IMG/VR virus record: IMGVR_UViG_3300034200_001099
Span: 26,096-90,095 of that record
Strand: one strand, 5' to 3'
Length of the DNA: 64,000 nucleotides
Origin: a virus
Positions 9,430 through 18,541 of this stretch are shown here, piece by piece. The position numbers and the translations under genes were made by a program. Within the stretch, counting starts at the first letter, position 1. Every line of letters begins with the position of its first letter. A model generated the notes under the pieces. It ran no database searches and had not been told where the DNA came from. It worked only from the letters and a program-made list of their open reading frames with translations.

Positions 9430-10230
9430 ATGAAAGACAAAAACACAGGATCACACATTAATCAAGAAGAAATATCCCATTACCTTAAAGATATTAGAAA
9501 AATTAAGGTAATGACTGTAGATAGAGAAAAAGAGTTGGCAAAAAAAATAAAATCTGACAACACAACACTCTTAGAAAGAAAACGAATTGAAAGAGAATTA
9601 ATTGAAGGGAATCTTCGTTTTGTTATTACTGTTGCGAAACAATATCAAAATCAAGGGTTAGATTTATCTGATCTTATTGCGGAAGGAAATTTAGGGTTAA
9701 TGAAAGCAATTAAAAACTTTGACTGGAATAAAGACCTTCGTTTTATTTCTTATGGTGTTTGGTGGGTTAAACAATCTATTATCCAATCATTAAACGATAA
9801 CTCAAGAACTATTAGACTTCCGGTCAATGTTGTCCAAGATTTGCAAAAAGCGAAAAAAGAAGTTGAACAACACGGAAAAAAACTTTCTGACAAGTTCTCA
9901 ACTCTTCCATCAATTATAGATCTTGATATGTTTATAAACGAAGATGGCGACACATTATTGGATATGATTGAAAACAAAGACGCAGAACGACCAGATGCGG
10001 CATTTGACACTAAAGATATTTTGAAAAAAAAACTTATTGACCTTTTAGATGTTTTAGATGAAAGAGAAAAAGTTATCGTTGGTGATTATTTTGGATTAAC
10101 AGGAACACCCAGAACATTGGAAGATATTGGTTCAGATTTTGGACTAACAAAAGAAAGAGTTCGTCAGATTAAAGAAAAGGCATTAAGAAGGTTAAGAAAT
10201 GAATCTTCCGAATTGTTTGATTATTTATAA
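9430..10230 (+). CDS. RNA polymerase sigma-70 factor, Bacteroidota RpoD-like
   Basis: NLRFVITVAKQY, DLIAEGNLGL, RFISYGVWW, TLEDIG...LTKERVRQIKEKAL. Confidence 0.92.
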   Translation: MKDKNTGSHINQEEISHYLKDIRKIKVMTVDREKELAKKIKSDNTTLLERKRIERELIEGNLRFVITVAKQYQNQGLDLSDLIAEGNLGLMKAIKNFDWNKDLRFISYGVWWVKQSIIQSLNDNSRTIRLPVNVVQDLQKAKKEVEQHGKKLSDKFSTLPSIIDLDMFINEDGDTLLDMIENKDAERPDAAFDTKDILKKKLIDLLDVLDEREKVIVGDYFGLTGTPRTLEDIGSDFGLTKERVRQIKEKALRRLRNESSELFDYL

Positions 10231-10237
10231 AAAAAAA

Positions 10238-10375
10238 GTCGATTTAAGGGTTGAACCGAGATTACCCTTACAACTCGGCGGAATGAGACACGATGTTCTC
10301 TAGGTGAGAATCCTCAATCATATCTATATGGTGTGATGAAACTACACTCCCCCATTGGTACCAGTGGGGGTTTTA
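10238..10375 (+). ncRNA. candidate structured RNA (H-type pseudoknot, T-loop-like hairpin, terminator)
   Basis: TAAGGGT/ACCCTTA stem with CCGAG/CTCGG crossing pair; AGG-TGAGAAT-CCT; GC-rich intergenic island. Confidence 0.5.
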
Positions 10376-10380
10376 TTTTT
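10349..10380 (+). terminator. intrinsic terminator
   Basis: CCCCCA...TGGGGG followed by T-tract. Confidence 0.75.
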
Positions 10381-10418
10381 TCTTTATCTTTTATATTTAT
10401 CTATTATAGTTTATTAAT

Positions 10419-11660
10419 ATGAAAGAAAAATTTTTGCCTTGGTTTTTATTGTTTTGCGCTCTTGGGTTGTCAGGAACTGCCGCGTATTATAGTGTTGTTG
10501 GTTTATCAATAGTATTTGTTGGTGTAGCGTTACCCGTTATTATTATGGGATCATTTCTTGAGATATCTAAAATTGCGATTGCAACATACCTTCACGATAA
10601 ATGGAAAGAGACATATGGAATTTTAAAGATTTATATGTCCATTGCCCTTGTTACTCTTTCTTTAATAACTTCACTTGGAATATATGGACTTCTAAGCACG
10701 GGATTTCAAGGTAATATTGCAAAACTTGAAATCAACGAAAAAAGAATTAAAAATGTTGAAGTAAAAAAGAAAAGGTTTGAAGAAGTTAAAAACGAACTAA
10801 CAAAAGAAAAAAACACTTTAGACGGAGACATTACTAAGTTAAGAGACGGGGTATCTAATAACACAACAACACAATCTGTAGATAGAAAAACCGGACAGGT
10901 AATTACAAGAGCCAACGACGGTAATAGAAAATTATTTGAATCTCAACTATTACAAGCACAAGTAAGAAGAGACACAATAGCAAAAAGAATTGATAATATG
11001 AATGACAGTATTACTAATCTTGATATTGAAATTTTAAATATGGAATCAAAAGAAATTTCGGGAAGTGAGTTGGGAGCTTTAAAGTATGTTAGCGAACTAC
11101 TTGATTGGGATATTAAACGAACCGCAAATCTTTTTATTTTAATTCTAATATTTGTATTTGACCCATTGGCAATAACATTAGTAATTGCCACAAATCAGGC
11201 TTTTAAAGGTAAAAGAAAAAAAGAAGATGATGTTAAACCTGAATATGAGAAACACCCATTCCAAGACGAAGTTGAGATTCCTGAAAGTTATTTAACGCAT
11301 CATACCATACATGATACCATACATGATACCATACATGACGCCATACAAGTAGAAGCTGAAATTATTGAAAGAATTGTTGAGGTTCCTGTTGAAGTAATAA
11401 GAGAGGTTGAAAGAATTGTTGAGGTTCCCGTTGAGGTAATTAGAGAAGTTCCTGTTGAGGTAATTAGAGAAGTTCCTGTTGATAGAATTATAGAAATAAT
11501 TAGAGAAATACCGGTAGAAACTACTATTGAAGTTCCCTTTAAATATTACATAAATGATTTGGGACAAGTTTTTGATGAAGAAGGTATTGAGATGGAAAAT
11601 CTTTTATTCAATAAAAAAATTGAAGAAATTGAAAGAAAAATTTTAAAATACAAAAAGTAA
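10419..11660 (+). CDS. multi-pass membrane coiled-coil protein with EVPVE repeats
   Basis: N-terminal TM helices, coiled coil, IFVFDPLAI, HDTI and EVPVEVIR repeats. Confidence 0.75.
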   Translation: MKEKFLPWFLLFCALGLSGTAAYYSVVGLSIVFVGVALPVIIMGSFLEISKIAIATYLHDKWKETYGILKIYMSIALVTLSLITSLGIYGLLSTGFQGNIAKLEINEKRIKNVEVKKKRFEEVKNELTKEKNTLDGDITKLRDGVSNNTTTQSVDRKTGQVITRANDGNRKLFESQLLQAQVRRDTIAKRIDNMNDSITNLDIEILNMESKEISGSELGALKYVSELLDWDIKRTANLFILILIFVFDPLAITLVIATNQAFKGKRKKEDDVKPEYEKHPFQDEVEIPESYLTHHTIHDTIHDTIHDAIQVEAEIIERIVEVPVEVIREVERIVEVPVEVIREVPVEVIREVPVDRIIEIIREIPVETTIEVPFKYYINDLGQVFDEEGIEMENLLFNKKIEEIERKILKYKK

Positions 11661-11663
11661 AAT

Positions 11664-12257
11664 ATGGAAGTGATTGAAACTCTAATACCATCAAACTTAA
11701 AAAAAACAAAAGATAAAAAACAAATTGTTTTAACTCACACTTCTAGAAACATATTTGATTATGTAACATCTTTAAAATTAAGATTTAACGGTGACCCAAT
11801 AAAACTACCACATTATTTAGTCTCAAGAGATGGTAAAGTTATAAGAACAATTGATGATTTAACAAATAGTAATTTTACAATTAATAAGGTTGTTAATGAA
11901 AAATCTATTGTTATTTGTTTAGAAAATTTAGGTTGGTTAGAAAAAGTTTTATTAAAAAATCATCACACTAATTGGATTGGTAATATTTATAAAGAGAAAG
12001 TTTTTGATCGTAAGTGGAGAGATTACTTTTTTTGGCAACCATATACGGATATTCAGTTGGAAAAAACAGCGGAATTATGTAAGGAGTTGTGTAAAAAACA
12101 TAAAATAAAGTTGAAATTTATTGGTCATAATACCAAAGTAAAAGGTGTTGAATCTTTTTTAGGTATCATCACCAAATCCAACTTTGACGATTTTGTAACG
12201 GATTTAAGTCCGGCATTTGATTTTGAAAAGTTTAACAAATTATTGAATTATGAATAA
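11664..12257 (+). CDS. N-acetylmuramoyl-L-alanine amidase-like (Amidase_2)
   Basis: IVLTHT, HYLVSRDG, SIVICLEN, IGHN, TDLSP. Confidence 0.7.
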   Translation: MEVIETLIPSNLKKTKDKKQIVLTHTSRNIFDYVTSLKLRFNGDPIKLPHYLVSRDGKVIRTIDDLTNSNFTINKVVNEKSIVICLENLGWLEKVLLKNHHTNWIGNIYKEKVFDRKWRDYFFWQPYTDIQLEKTAELCKELCKKHKIKLKFIGHNTKVKGVESFLGIITKSNFDDFVTDLSPAFDFEKFNKLLNYE

Positions 12258-12822
12258 ATATGATGAAATACAATCTCTTCTAAACGCATCAAGAAGAGCT
12301 CTTGGCGGAAATCTACAAGAAAGTCAAAATAGAGACATTCTAAAAAAATATAGTCTTTTAACAGAACAATCTTTTGAAAAAGAATTGGGACAAGAATTTG
12401 AGGAAGAACCAAATAAAAAAGATTCTGAAGATATTGGTAAACCAAAAGACAAACAAAAAATGTTTAAAATACAAGGAAATGTATTAGTTCTTCATGGAAA
12501 CGACAAATCAGACATACAACTTACAACTGACGAAAAAAATGCGTTTATTGAAAGTGTTGATGAGTTTAGAACTAATGTTGCGGAACTTGTTGAGTTTGAT
12601 AAAATGAATGTATTTCCTGAAAATGTTGAGTGGAAAGGAAAAATATTAGAATTAAATATAAATTTTTTTTATACAATAAATGAGCCACATGGAATTTATT
12701 TAAATGGTGATATGGTAAAGATAGATGAGGAGTATTTAGAAATGGTCGGAAAACTACAATCAAATTATGAAAAATTTAAAACTAAATGGGGTAAAATAGT
12801 ATCATCAAGACAAAAAACATGA
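12250..12822 (+). CDS. hypothetical protein (possible virion protein)
   Basis: ORF in late-type cluster. Confidence 0.65.
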   Translation: MNKYDEIQSLLNASRRALGGNLQESQNRDILKKYSLLTEQSFEKELGQEFEEEPNKKDSEDIGKPKDKQKMFKIQGNVLVLHGNDKSDIQLTTDEKNAFIESVDEFRTNVAELVEFDKMNVFPENVEWKGKILELNINFFYTINEPHGIYLNGDMVKIDEEYLEMVGKLQSNYEKFKTKWGKIVSSRQKT

Positions 12823-13172
12823 AAAACATTTTAAAAGATAATTGGAAAATAATTACCCTTAGTGTATTAGGGGTTATATTTATTTATTTACTAATTAGAG
12901 TTTTTACTCCAATACCAGATAGATCTGAACTTAATAAATATAAATTAGATCAGATTAACAAAAACATTGAGGGAATGAAAAAACTTCAAAAAAGTCTAAG
13001 CGATTCTATTCAAGTTTATCAACACAAAATAGATCAAGTTGATAAAAATATTTCAAACATAAAGATTGAAAAAAAAGAAGTTAATAATTACTATACCCAA
13101 AAAAAAGAAGAAATAAAAACCGCGGACAAAAAACAAATAGACAGTCTGTTTAAAATTAGATACAATTTTTAA
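12819..13172 (+). CDS. membrane-anchored coiled-coil protein (spanin-like candidate)
   Basis: N-terminal TM plus coiled coil, near amidase. Confidence 0.55.
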   Translation: MKNILKDNWKIITLSVLGVIFIYLLIRVFTPIPDRSELNKYKLDQINKNIEGMKKLQKSLSDSIQVYQHKIDQVDKNISNIKIEKKEVNNYYTQKKEEIKTADKKQIDSLFKIRYNF

Positions 13173-13173
13173 T

Positions 13174-13590
13174 ATGAAAAAAATAATACTTATAATTTAC
13201 TTTATTTTAATTGGTTTTGTTGCCGAAACCCAAGTTAAAAAAACAACAGACACAACACAACTATGTATTCCTTATAATGTTGCTCAAAAAATGTTATTAG
13301 ATTTAAATGATTATGATAAATTAAAAGAATTGTCAAAATTAGATAAAGAAGAAATTAATGAGTTAAATAATAAAATTAATTTATTAGAAAAAACTAATAA
13401 TGTTTGGTCTGAAAAAAATTCTTTAAGTGACAGAATAATAAAAAGTAATGAAGAAAAATTTAATATAGTTGAAACTGAAAATAAAGATTTAAGAAAAGAA
13501 AATAAAAGACTAAAAACAAAAAACGGTTTGTTTAACATAATTTCTGCGGCAATTATTGCCCCATTAACCTATTTACTTATTATTAAATAA
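13174..13590 (+). CDS. signal-peptide coiled-coil protein (spanin-like candidate)
   Basis: Signal peptide, coiled coil, C-terminal hydrophobic segment. Confidence 0.55.
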   Translation: MKKIILIIYFILIGFVAETQVKKTTDTTQLCIPYNVAQKMLLDLNDYDKLKELSKLDKEEINELNNKINLLEKTNNVWSEKNSLSDRIIKSNEEKFNIVETENKDLRKENKRLKTKNGLFNIISAAIIAPLTYLLIIK

Positions 13591-13835
13591 TGGCTTTAAC
13601 ACAATCAGATAAAAAAGAAATTGAAGTTTTGATTAGAAAAGAAATTAAAGATTTTTTTAATTCCTCAACATCAAAACAATTTGAAAATAAACTTATGGAT
13701 AAAATACACGACGATTTAAAAAAAGGAAAACTAAGAGGTGAGGTAAAAGAAGTTATCCTTAAATCATTCCAAGAGTATTTTACAGTTATGTATCAACAAA
13801 GAGGATTTTGGGAACAAAAATTTAGAAACGTATAA
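13590..13835 (+). CDS. hypothetical protein
   Basis: ORF coupled by TAATG. Confidence 0.65.
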   Translation: MALTQSDKKEIEVLIRKEIKDFFNSSTSKQFENKLMDKIHDDLKKGKLRGEVKEVILKSFQEYFTVMYQQRGFWEQKFRNV

Positions 13836-13868
13836 TAAAAAAAATAGTTAAGTTTTAATTTATAAATT

Positions 13869-14507
13869 ATGGAAAAGCGTAGTAATGAAAATACATCCAG
13901 AGACTATTTAGAATATTTAAAAAATAAAAACGATATTTTAGAAATCTATAATTTAATAAGAAGTAAAAAATATTCTAAAAATCAAATAAAAACAAAATTA
14001 CGCAATTATTTAAATAATCCCGAAGATTTAAATGAATTTTTACATTCAATCTTAAACAGTAAGCCCACAAAAAAAGAAGAAAACACTGAAGCAACTTCCT
14101 CAGGTGGATCCGGACAATTTTCATCACCATTATTTTCAACAACAAAAGAAAATGTGGTAAAAACGGTTAGAGAAGGTATTAAAGAAATACAAAAAGTTGA
14201 AACTAAAGAAGCCACATCATCTTCATCATCGGGCCAATATAGTCAACCAGCTATTTGGGCAAAATCTACAAATAAAAAAGATTGGAAAGGTGCGTCAACA
14301 AAATATATGCCAGGAGCAAAAAGAGTCCAAGTTAGAAGTAAGTGCAAAAAATTTCCATATTGTAATCAAGGAGATATAAAAGCGTTAAAAATATTTGAAA
14401 GTGAGACCGTACAAAACGCGATAGATAGTGTCTCGAGTGGTTATGGGTATGATAAAGACTATATTTCAAAAATTGTGTTTCGTGAAATTGAAAAAAGACA
14501 AAACTAA
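13869..14507 (+). CDS. hypothetical protein with EATSS..SGQ repeats
   Basis: Two EATSSxxSGQ(F/Y)S units; CKKFPYCNQGD. Confidence 0.7.
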   Translation: MEKRSNENTSRDYLEYLKNKNDILEIYNLIRSKKYSKNQIKTKLRNYLNNPEDLNEFLHSILNSKPTKKEENTEATSSGGSGQFSSPLFSTTKENVVKTVREGIKEIQKVETKEATSSSSSGQYSQPAIWAKSTNKKDWKGASTKYMPGAKRVQVRSKCKKFPYCNQGDIKALKIFESETVQNAIDSVSSGYGYDKDYISKIVFREIEKRQN

Positions 14508-14533
14508 AGATATTTATAATAAAAAAACAAAAA

Positions 14534-16078
14534 ATGAATAAAGAGCAATATATCAGATCAAGATTTAAAGATTTACTTAACGAAACTTTAGAGGAAAGAG
14601 CGAATGACATTAAAAAGAATTTTTCTAAAGAAGTTAGGCTTAACCCCAAAAATAAATTTGACTACATAGAAGAAGGCAAAAGTATGTGCGAATCATGTGG
14701 TGGAATGATGTCGGAAGGTAAATGTAACGAGGGGTGTAATCTAGAAGAAAATAAAAGTATGTGCGAATCATGTGGTGGAGAAATAAACGAAGGTGAAGCA
14801 TGTGAAGAATGTGGAAGTATGTATAAGGGAGACATTAGAGAACTTGGTGGTATGGATGACGGACACCCAAGATTTGGAAAAGAAAACTTTAACCAAATGA
14901 CTAAAGATCAAGTTGAAAGACTTCTTAGAGGTGATGATGAAGAAGATGAAGATGAATACGATGATTTTGAATTTGAAACTCCTGTGAGAGATGCAATCAG
15001 ATCTCATAAAGGTAGGTTCGAAACTCCTGTTAGAGATGTAATCAGATCTCGCGGAAATAGATATAGAGATCTTGAAGATGACATGAGCGAAGGTGTTAAT
15101 TTTGAAATAGATGAAAAACTATATGGTAATCAAAGTAGAATAGACAAAAACAAGAACAACAGAATTGATAGTGAAGATTTCAAAATGTTAAGAAAACAAC
15201 AAGATGAAGAACAACTTTATGAAATTGATTTTGAAAAAGAAGAAAACACTGAAGGTAATGCTTTTACAGGGGCTTTGTCTAACGCTAAAAAACAAAACAA
15301 AGATGAATTTGAAGTTGACGGTAAAAAATTTAAGGTTAAAGAATCAATACTATATACTGAATCTGATTTACTTGATCTTATTGAAAATTTAGTGATTGAA
15401 GAAAAGAATACATTTAAAAAATCAGAACCAAAAGGATATAAAGAATACGAAAGAGTGCATAATGCAGATAAAAAAGAAAATGATAATTATCTAAAAAGCG
15501 TTGCTAAAAAAATGACTGATTATTTAAAAGGATCGTCAGATTCAGGATCTAAGTATGAAATGAAAGAAACCAAAAAATTTCCAACTGAAAATGGTGGAAT
15601 GAAAAAAGGAATTAGAAAAAAATATACACCATCAGATGCTGTTGACGAATATATTGACGCTTTTTCTTATCCAGGACAAACTAACTTGGTTTATGATGAA
15701 ATCAAACCTAATGATGAAAAAATTAAAGGTCAATTAGTTGGAAGTAGTACTAACGGAAACGCACAAGTTGATAAAGACGGTAACGCTTTAGGTAATGTTG
15801 TACCAAGTAAAGTTGGGGAGAAATTCTATAATAATTTCAAAGATAACTTATATGGTCAAGAACAGATGAATGCGTCTTATAAAAGACAACCACAACCTAT
15901 TGATCAAGCTGGTGAAGAAACTGAAAGAGGAACACTTAAGTCTAAAAAAGGTAAAAAAACATCTCAAAGTATTTTAAACAAGTTGGAAGAAAGTAAAAAC
16001 ATTAAACAGGAAACTCAATTAAATGAAGAGTTTGGTAGAATGCAAGAGTTAATGGGATATAGTAGAAAAACCCAATAA
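14534..16078 (+). CDS. mosaic acidic protein (CxxC repeats, EF-hand-like loop), possible head-associated protein
   Basis: CESCGG x2, CEECG, DKNKNNRIDSEDF, many (I/L/M)xE sites; TATTTAT at 14511. Confidence 0.7.
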   Translation: MNKEQYIRSRFKDLLNETLEERANDIKKNFSKEVRLNPKNKFDYIEEGKSMCESCGGMMSEGKCNEGCNLEENKSMCESCGGEINEGEACEECGSMYKGDIRELGGMDDGHPRFGKENFNQMTKDQVERLLRGDDEEDEDEYDDFEFETPVRDAIRSHKGRFETPVRDVIRSRGNRYRDLEDDMSEGVNFEIDEKLYGNQSRIDKNKNNRIDSEDFKMLRKQQDEEQLYEIDFEKEENTEGNAFTGALSNAKKQNKDEFEVDGKKFKVKESILYTESDLLDLIENLVIEEKNTFKKSEPKGYKEYERVHNADKKENDNYLKSVAKKMTDYLKGSSDSGSKYEMKETKKFPTENGGMKKGIRKKYTPSDAVDEYIDAFSYPGQTNLVYDEIKPNDEKIKGQLVGSSTNGNAQVDKDGNALGNVVPSKVGEKFYNNFKDNLYGQEQMNASYKRQPQPIDQAGEETERGTLKSKKGKKTSQSILNKLEESKNIKQETQLNEEFGRMQELMGYSRKTQ

Positions 16079-16127
16079 TTTACAATAAAATACCTTAACT
16101 TATTATTATCCATAGTTAGTAACAGCT

Positions 16128-16595
16128 ATGGATAATTTTTTTAACTACATCACAAAAAACTTAGAAATCGAAGAAGTTGATATATGGTTTAAAGCCAACA
16201 ACATAATTCCTGAAAAAATGGAACTGTATTACGATTTATCATATAGTTTGTATTTATTAATTCAAAAAACCTATTTGGGTAATGGAGAAAATAATAAAGA
16301 AACTAAAGTCGAAATGTCCGAAGAAGATAATACAAAACATTTCAATTGGTGCTGGAGTAAAACAATTGAAAATTTTAATAAAGAAAATATAAAATTTCAA
16401 AATGATGGAGATCATTACGACTATTTTTTTTCTCTATTTAATGAATTATATTATAAACAAAACAAAGAAACAATAAGAAATTCTATAGACGTTTTTTTCC
16501 TTGATTTATTTAATCGTGAAAAACCATTCACACAAGTAGATTTAGATTTGATTTATAATATTTATAAAACTTTGGATAAAAATTTAGTGATGTAA
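16128..16595 (+). CDS. hypothetical protein
   Basis: ORF. Confidence 0.7.
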   Translation: MDNFFNYITKNLEIEEVDIWFKANNIIPEKMELYYDLSYSLYLLIQKTYLGNGENNKETKVEMSEEDNTKHFNWCWSKTIENFNKENIKFQNDGDHYDYFFSLFNELYYKQNKETIRNSIDVFFLDLFNREKPFTQVDLDLIYNIYKTLDKNLVM

Positions 16596-16655
16596 TATTT
16601 ACAAACTAGAAAATATAATTAATTTAATCTAAATAAACTATTAATAAAATAAAAC

Positions 16656-16826
16656 ATGGACACGTTAAATAAAATCAATGAATTAACAGAACAATTGGTC
16701 TTAGACGGTAAAAAGTTTTTTGACGGAAACAAAAGTGCTGGAACAAGAACAAGAAAAATTGCTCAAGAATTAAAATTGTTATTACAAGAATTAAGAACTG
16801 AAATTTTAACAGAAAAGAAAAAATAA
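16656..16826 (+). CDS. Hc1/histone-H1-like small DNA-binding protein (56 aa, not in ORF track)
   Basis: MDTLNKINELTEQLVLDGKKFFDGNKSAGTRTRKIAQELKLLLQELRTEI; GNKxAGxRxRK motif. Confidence 0.75.
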   Translation: MDTLNKINELTEQLVLDGKKFFDGNKSAGTRTRKIAQELKLLLQELRTEILTEKKK

Positions 16827-16828
16827 TT

Positions 16829-17023
16829 ATGGTTCAAATGAATATTTTCTTCTTATTTGTGTTTATACTTTCTTTAGTTTTTGTGATTAATAATATATTA
16901 AAAGTTATTAAAAATATATTAAGTTCAGATCCACATAGAATTACATACTCAACATGGGAGAAAATATTCAATTATTTTTTTATAACTTATTTAATAACAT
17001 ATATAATAACTTTAACAACATAG
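16829..17023 (+). CDS. small membrane protein
   Basis: Two hydrophobic segments. Confidence 0.6.
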   Translation: MVQMNIFFLFVFILSLVFVINNILKVIKNILSSDPHRITYSTWEKIFNYFFITYLITYIITLTT

Positions 17024-17024
17024 A

Positions 17025-17453
17025 ATGTATAACGAATTTAAAGACATATTTCAATTTCTAATTTCAGTTAGAAAACTTAAAACATATATTAGTATTGATG
17101 TTGAATTTCCATTGACTTGGAAAATCCCAAAAAGATTTGTTCAAGAAGACAAGATTATAGAAAATCAAAAAGTTAACGATAACGCACGATTTTTTTCTTT
17201 TGTCAGTGAATTTAATGAAGTAATTCTTAATCAAACGGTAGAAAATATTAAAAATATTATTTCATATAATAAAGAAATTGAAATGAAAGAAAGACTTTTA
17301 AAACAAAAAATAGACGAACTTAAAAGAATTTTTGAATCAGAAGATTTAGAACATTTACAAACTCTTAAATTTGAATTGCTAGAAGAAAAATTAAACGATG
17401 GAGAAGAAGATTTTAACGAAAGAAGAACAAACCATAAATTGGTTGAAGAGTGA
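17025..17453 (+). CDS. hypothetical protein
   Basis: ORF. Confidence 0.65.
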   Translation: MYNEFKDIFQFLISVRKLKTYISIDVEFPLTWKIPKRFVQEDKIIENQKVNDNARFFSFVSEFNEVILNQTVENIKNIISYNKEIEMKERLLKQKIDELKRIFESEDLEHLQTLKFELLEEKLNDGEEDFNERRTNHKLVEE

Positions 17454-17595
17454 ATTTGAAAAAGATAAGATTGAGTTAGAAAATCAAAAACAAAAATTTG
17501 CAGACTCAATTAAAAACTTAGATAAAAAAGACATAATCAAACCCATCGCAAAACTTACAATATGGCAGAAGATCAAGAAAGTGCTCCTAGCGTAA
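17398..17595 (+). CDS. hypothetical protein
   Basis: ORF overlapping neighbours. Confidence 0.55.
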   Translation: MEKKILTKEEQTINWLKSEFEKDKIELENQKQKFADSIKNLDKKDIIKPIAKLTIWQKIKKVLLA

Positions 17596-17912
17596 TAGAA
17601 AATTTAGCGTTGGTGACAGATGCCATACAAACTATGTTCCCCGATGGAAAAATAATTTGTGTATACGAATTAAACGACCAAGACTTCAAAAAAGTCCAAG
17701 AAAATTTTAGAAAAATAGATAATCAACACAAAAGATTTTCAATAGACATGTCAGGTTTAGAACACGTATTTATTCATGAGGATATAAATTTAACATTATT
17801 AACTCCTGATATTAATAATGTTGACAAAAAATCAAATAATAAAAGTATTTTATTTAAAATAAAAACAAAAATATCATCTTGGTTTAAAAGTGGTGGATCT
17901 TCGATAAAGTAA
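17562..17912 (+). CDS. hypothetical protein
   Basis: ORF. Confidence 0.6.
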   Translation: MAEDQESAPSVIENLALVTDAIQTMFPDGKIICVYELNDQDFKKVQENFRKIDNQHKRFSIDMSGLEHVFIHEDINLTLLTPDINNVDKKSNNKSILFKIKTKISSWFKSGGSSIK

Positions 17913-18512
17913 TTTTTTATCAATACCCAAATTTTCTAAAATACTATACAAATATTTTTTTTGTGGTTTTGATGTTTCAGAAACAACAATACAATTATAA
18001 ATTGACTTATCTTTTAAAAATTCATTTAAAACGTCTAAAAATCTTTTAGATTCATTTTCATTCTTTAATGAAAATAAATAAACATTATTATCTTCCTGTA
18101 AAACCACTTTGTTATTTAGTTTAGAAATTAAAATTACACCTTTCTTAAAGATATAATTTTCATAAAATTTATTTAGTGTGATCTTTTCTTTTTTTGTTAC
18201 ATCGTATATAGTTTCCTCTATTTTGTAATTAGAAATTTCCATAATTTTATAATCTAAATCATCAAGTTCTATTTTTATTTGCCTACCAAGATCATCTCTA
18301 ACAAATAAAGGATTAAACGTAGTATTTTTTTTTTCTAAAATACACAACTCAAAATCACAATCTTTCGCATTCTCAACATCTTTTTTGAAATAAATGGTTT
18401 TGTTGTTATTAATTTTGGTGTCAAAAAATTCTTTAGCCTTAACAAAAGTAACAAACTTGTTTATTATTTTCTTTCTTACTTTATTTTTAAATAAAACCAC
18501 TAAATAATTCAT
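17874..18512 (-). CDS. hypothetical protein
   Basis: Long minus ORF; likely start MNYLVVLFK at 18512, divergent from dnaJ. Confidence 0.65.
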   Translation of the reverse strand: MNYLVVLFKNKVRKKIINKFVTFVKAKEFFDTKINNNKTIYFKKDVENAKDCDFELCILEKKNTTFNPLFVRDDLGRQIKIELDDLDYKIMEISNYKIEETIYDVTKKEKITLNKFYENYIFKKGVILISKLNNKVVLQEDNNVYLFSLKNENESKRFLDVLNEFLKDKSIYNCIVVSETSKPQKKYLYSILENLGIDKKLLYRRSTTFKPR

Positions 18513-18541
18513 AAAAAAATAATAATAATAAAATTGAATAA

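Noticed and set aside
10277-10320. Possible tRNA-Leu gene
   Set aside because: D- and T-like strings are present but no acceptor stem or anticodon arm; kept only as an ncRNA candidate.
10331-10347. TGATGAAAC resembling a hammerhead ribozyme core
   Set aside because: No CTGANGA and no stem II between the core halves.
15011-15030. GGTTCGAAACTCC resembling a tRNA T-arm
   Set aside because: Inside a long CDS (RFETP repeat); no cloverleaf.
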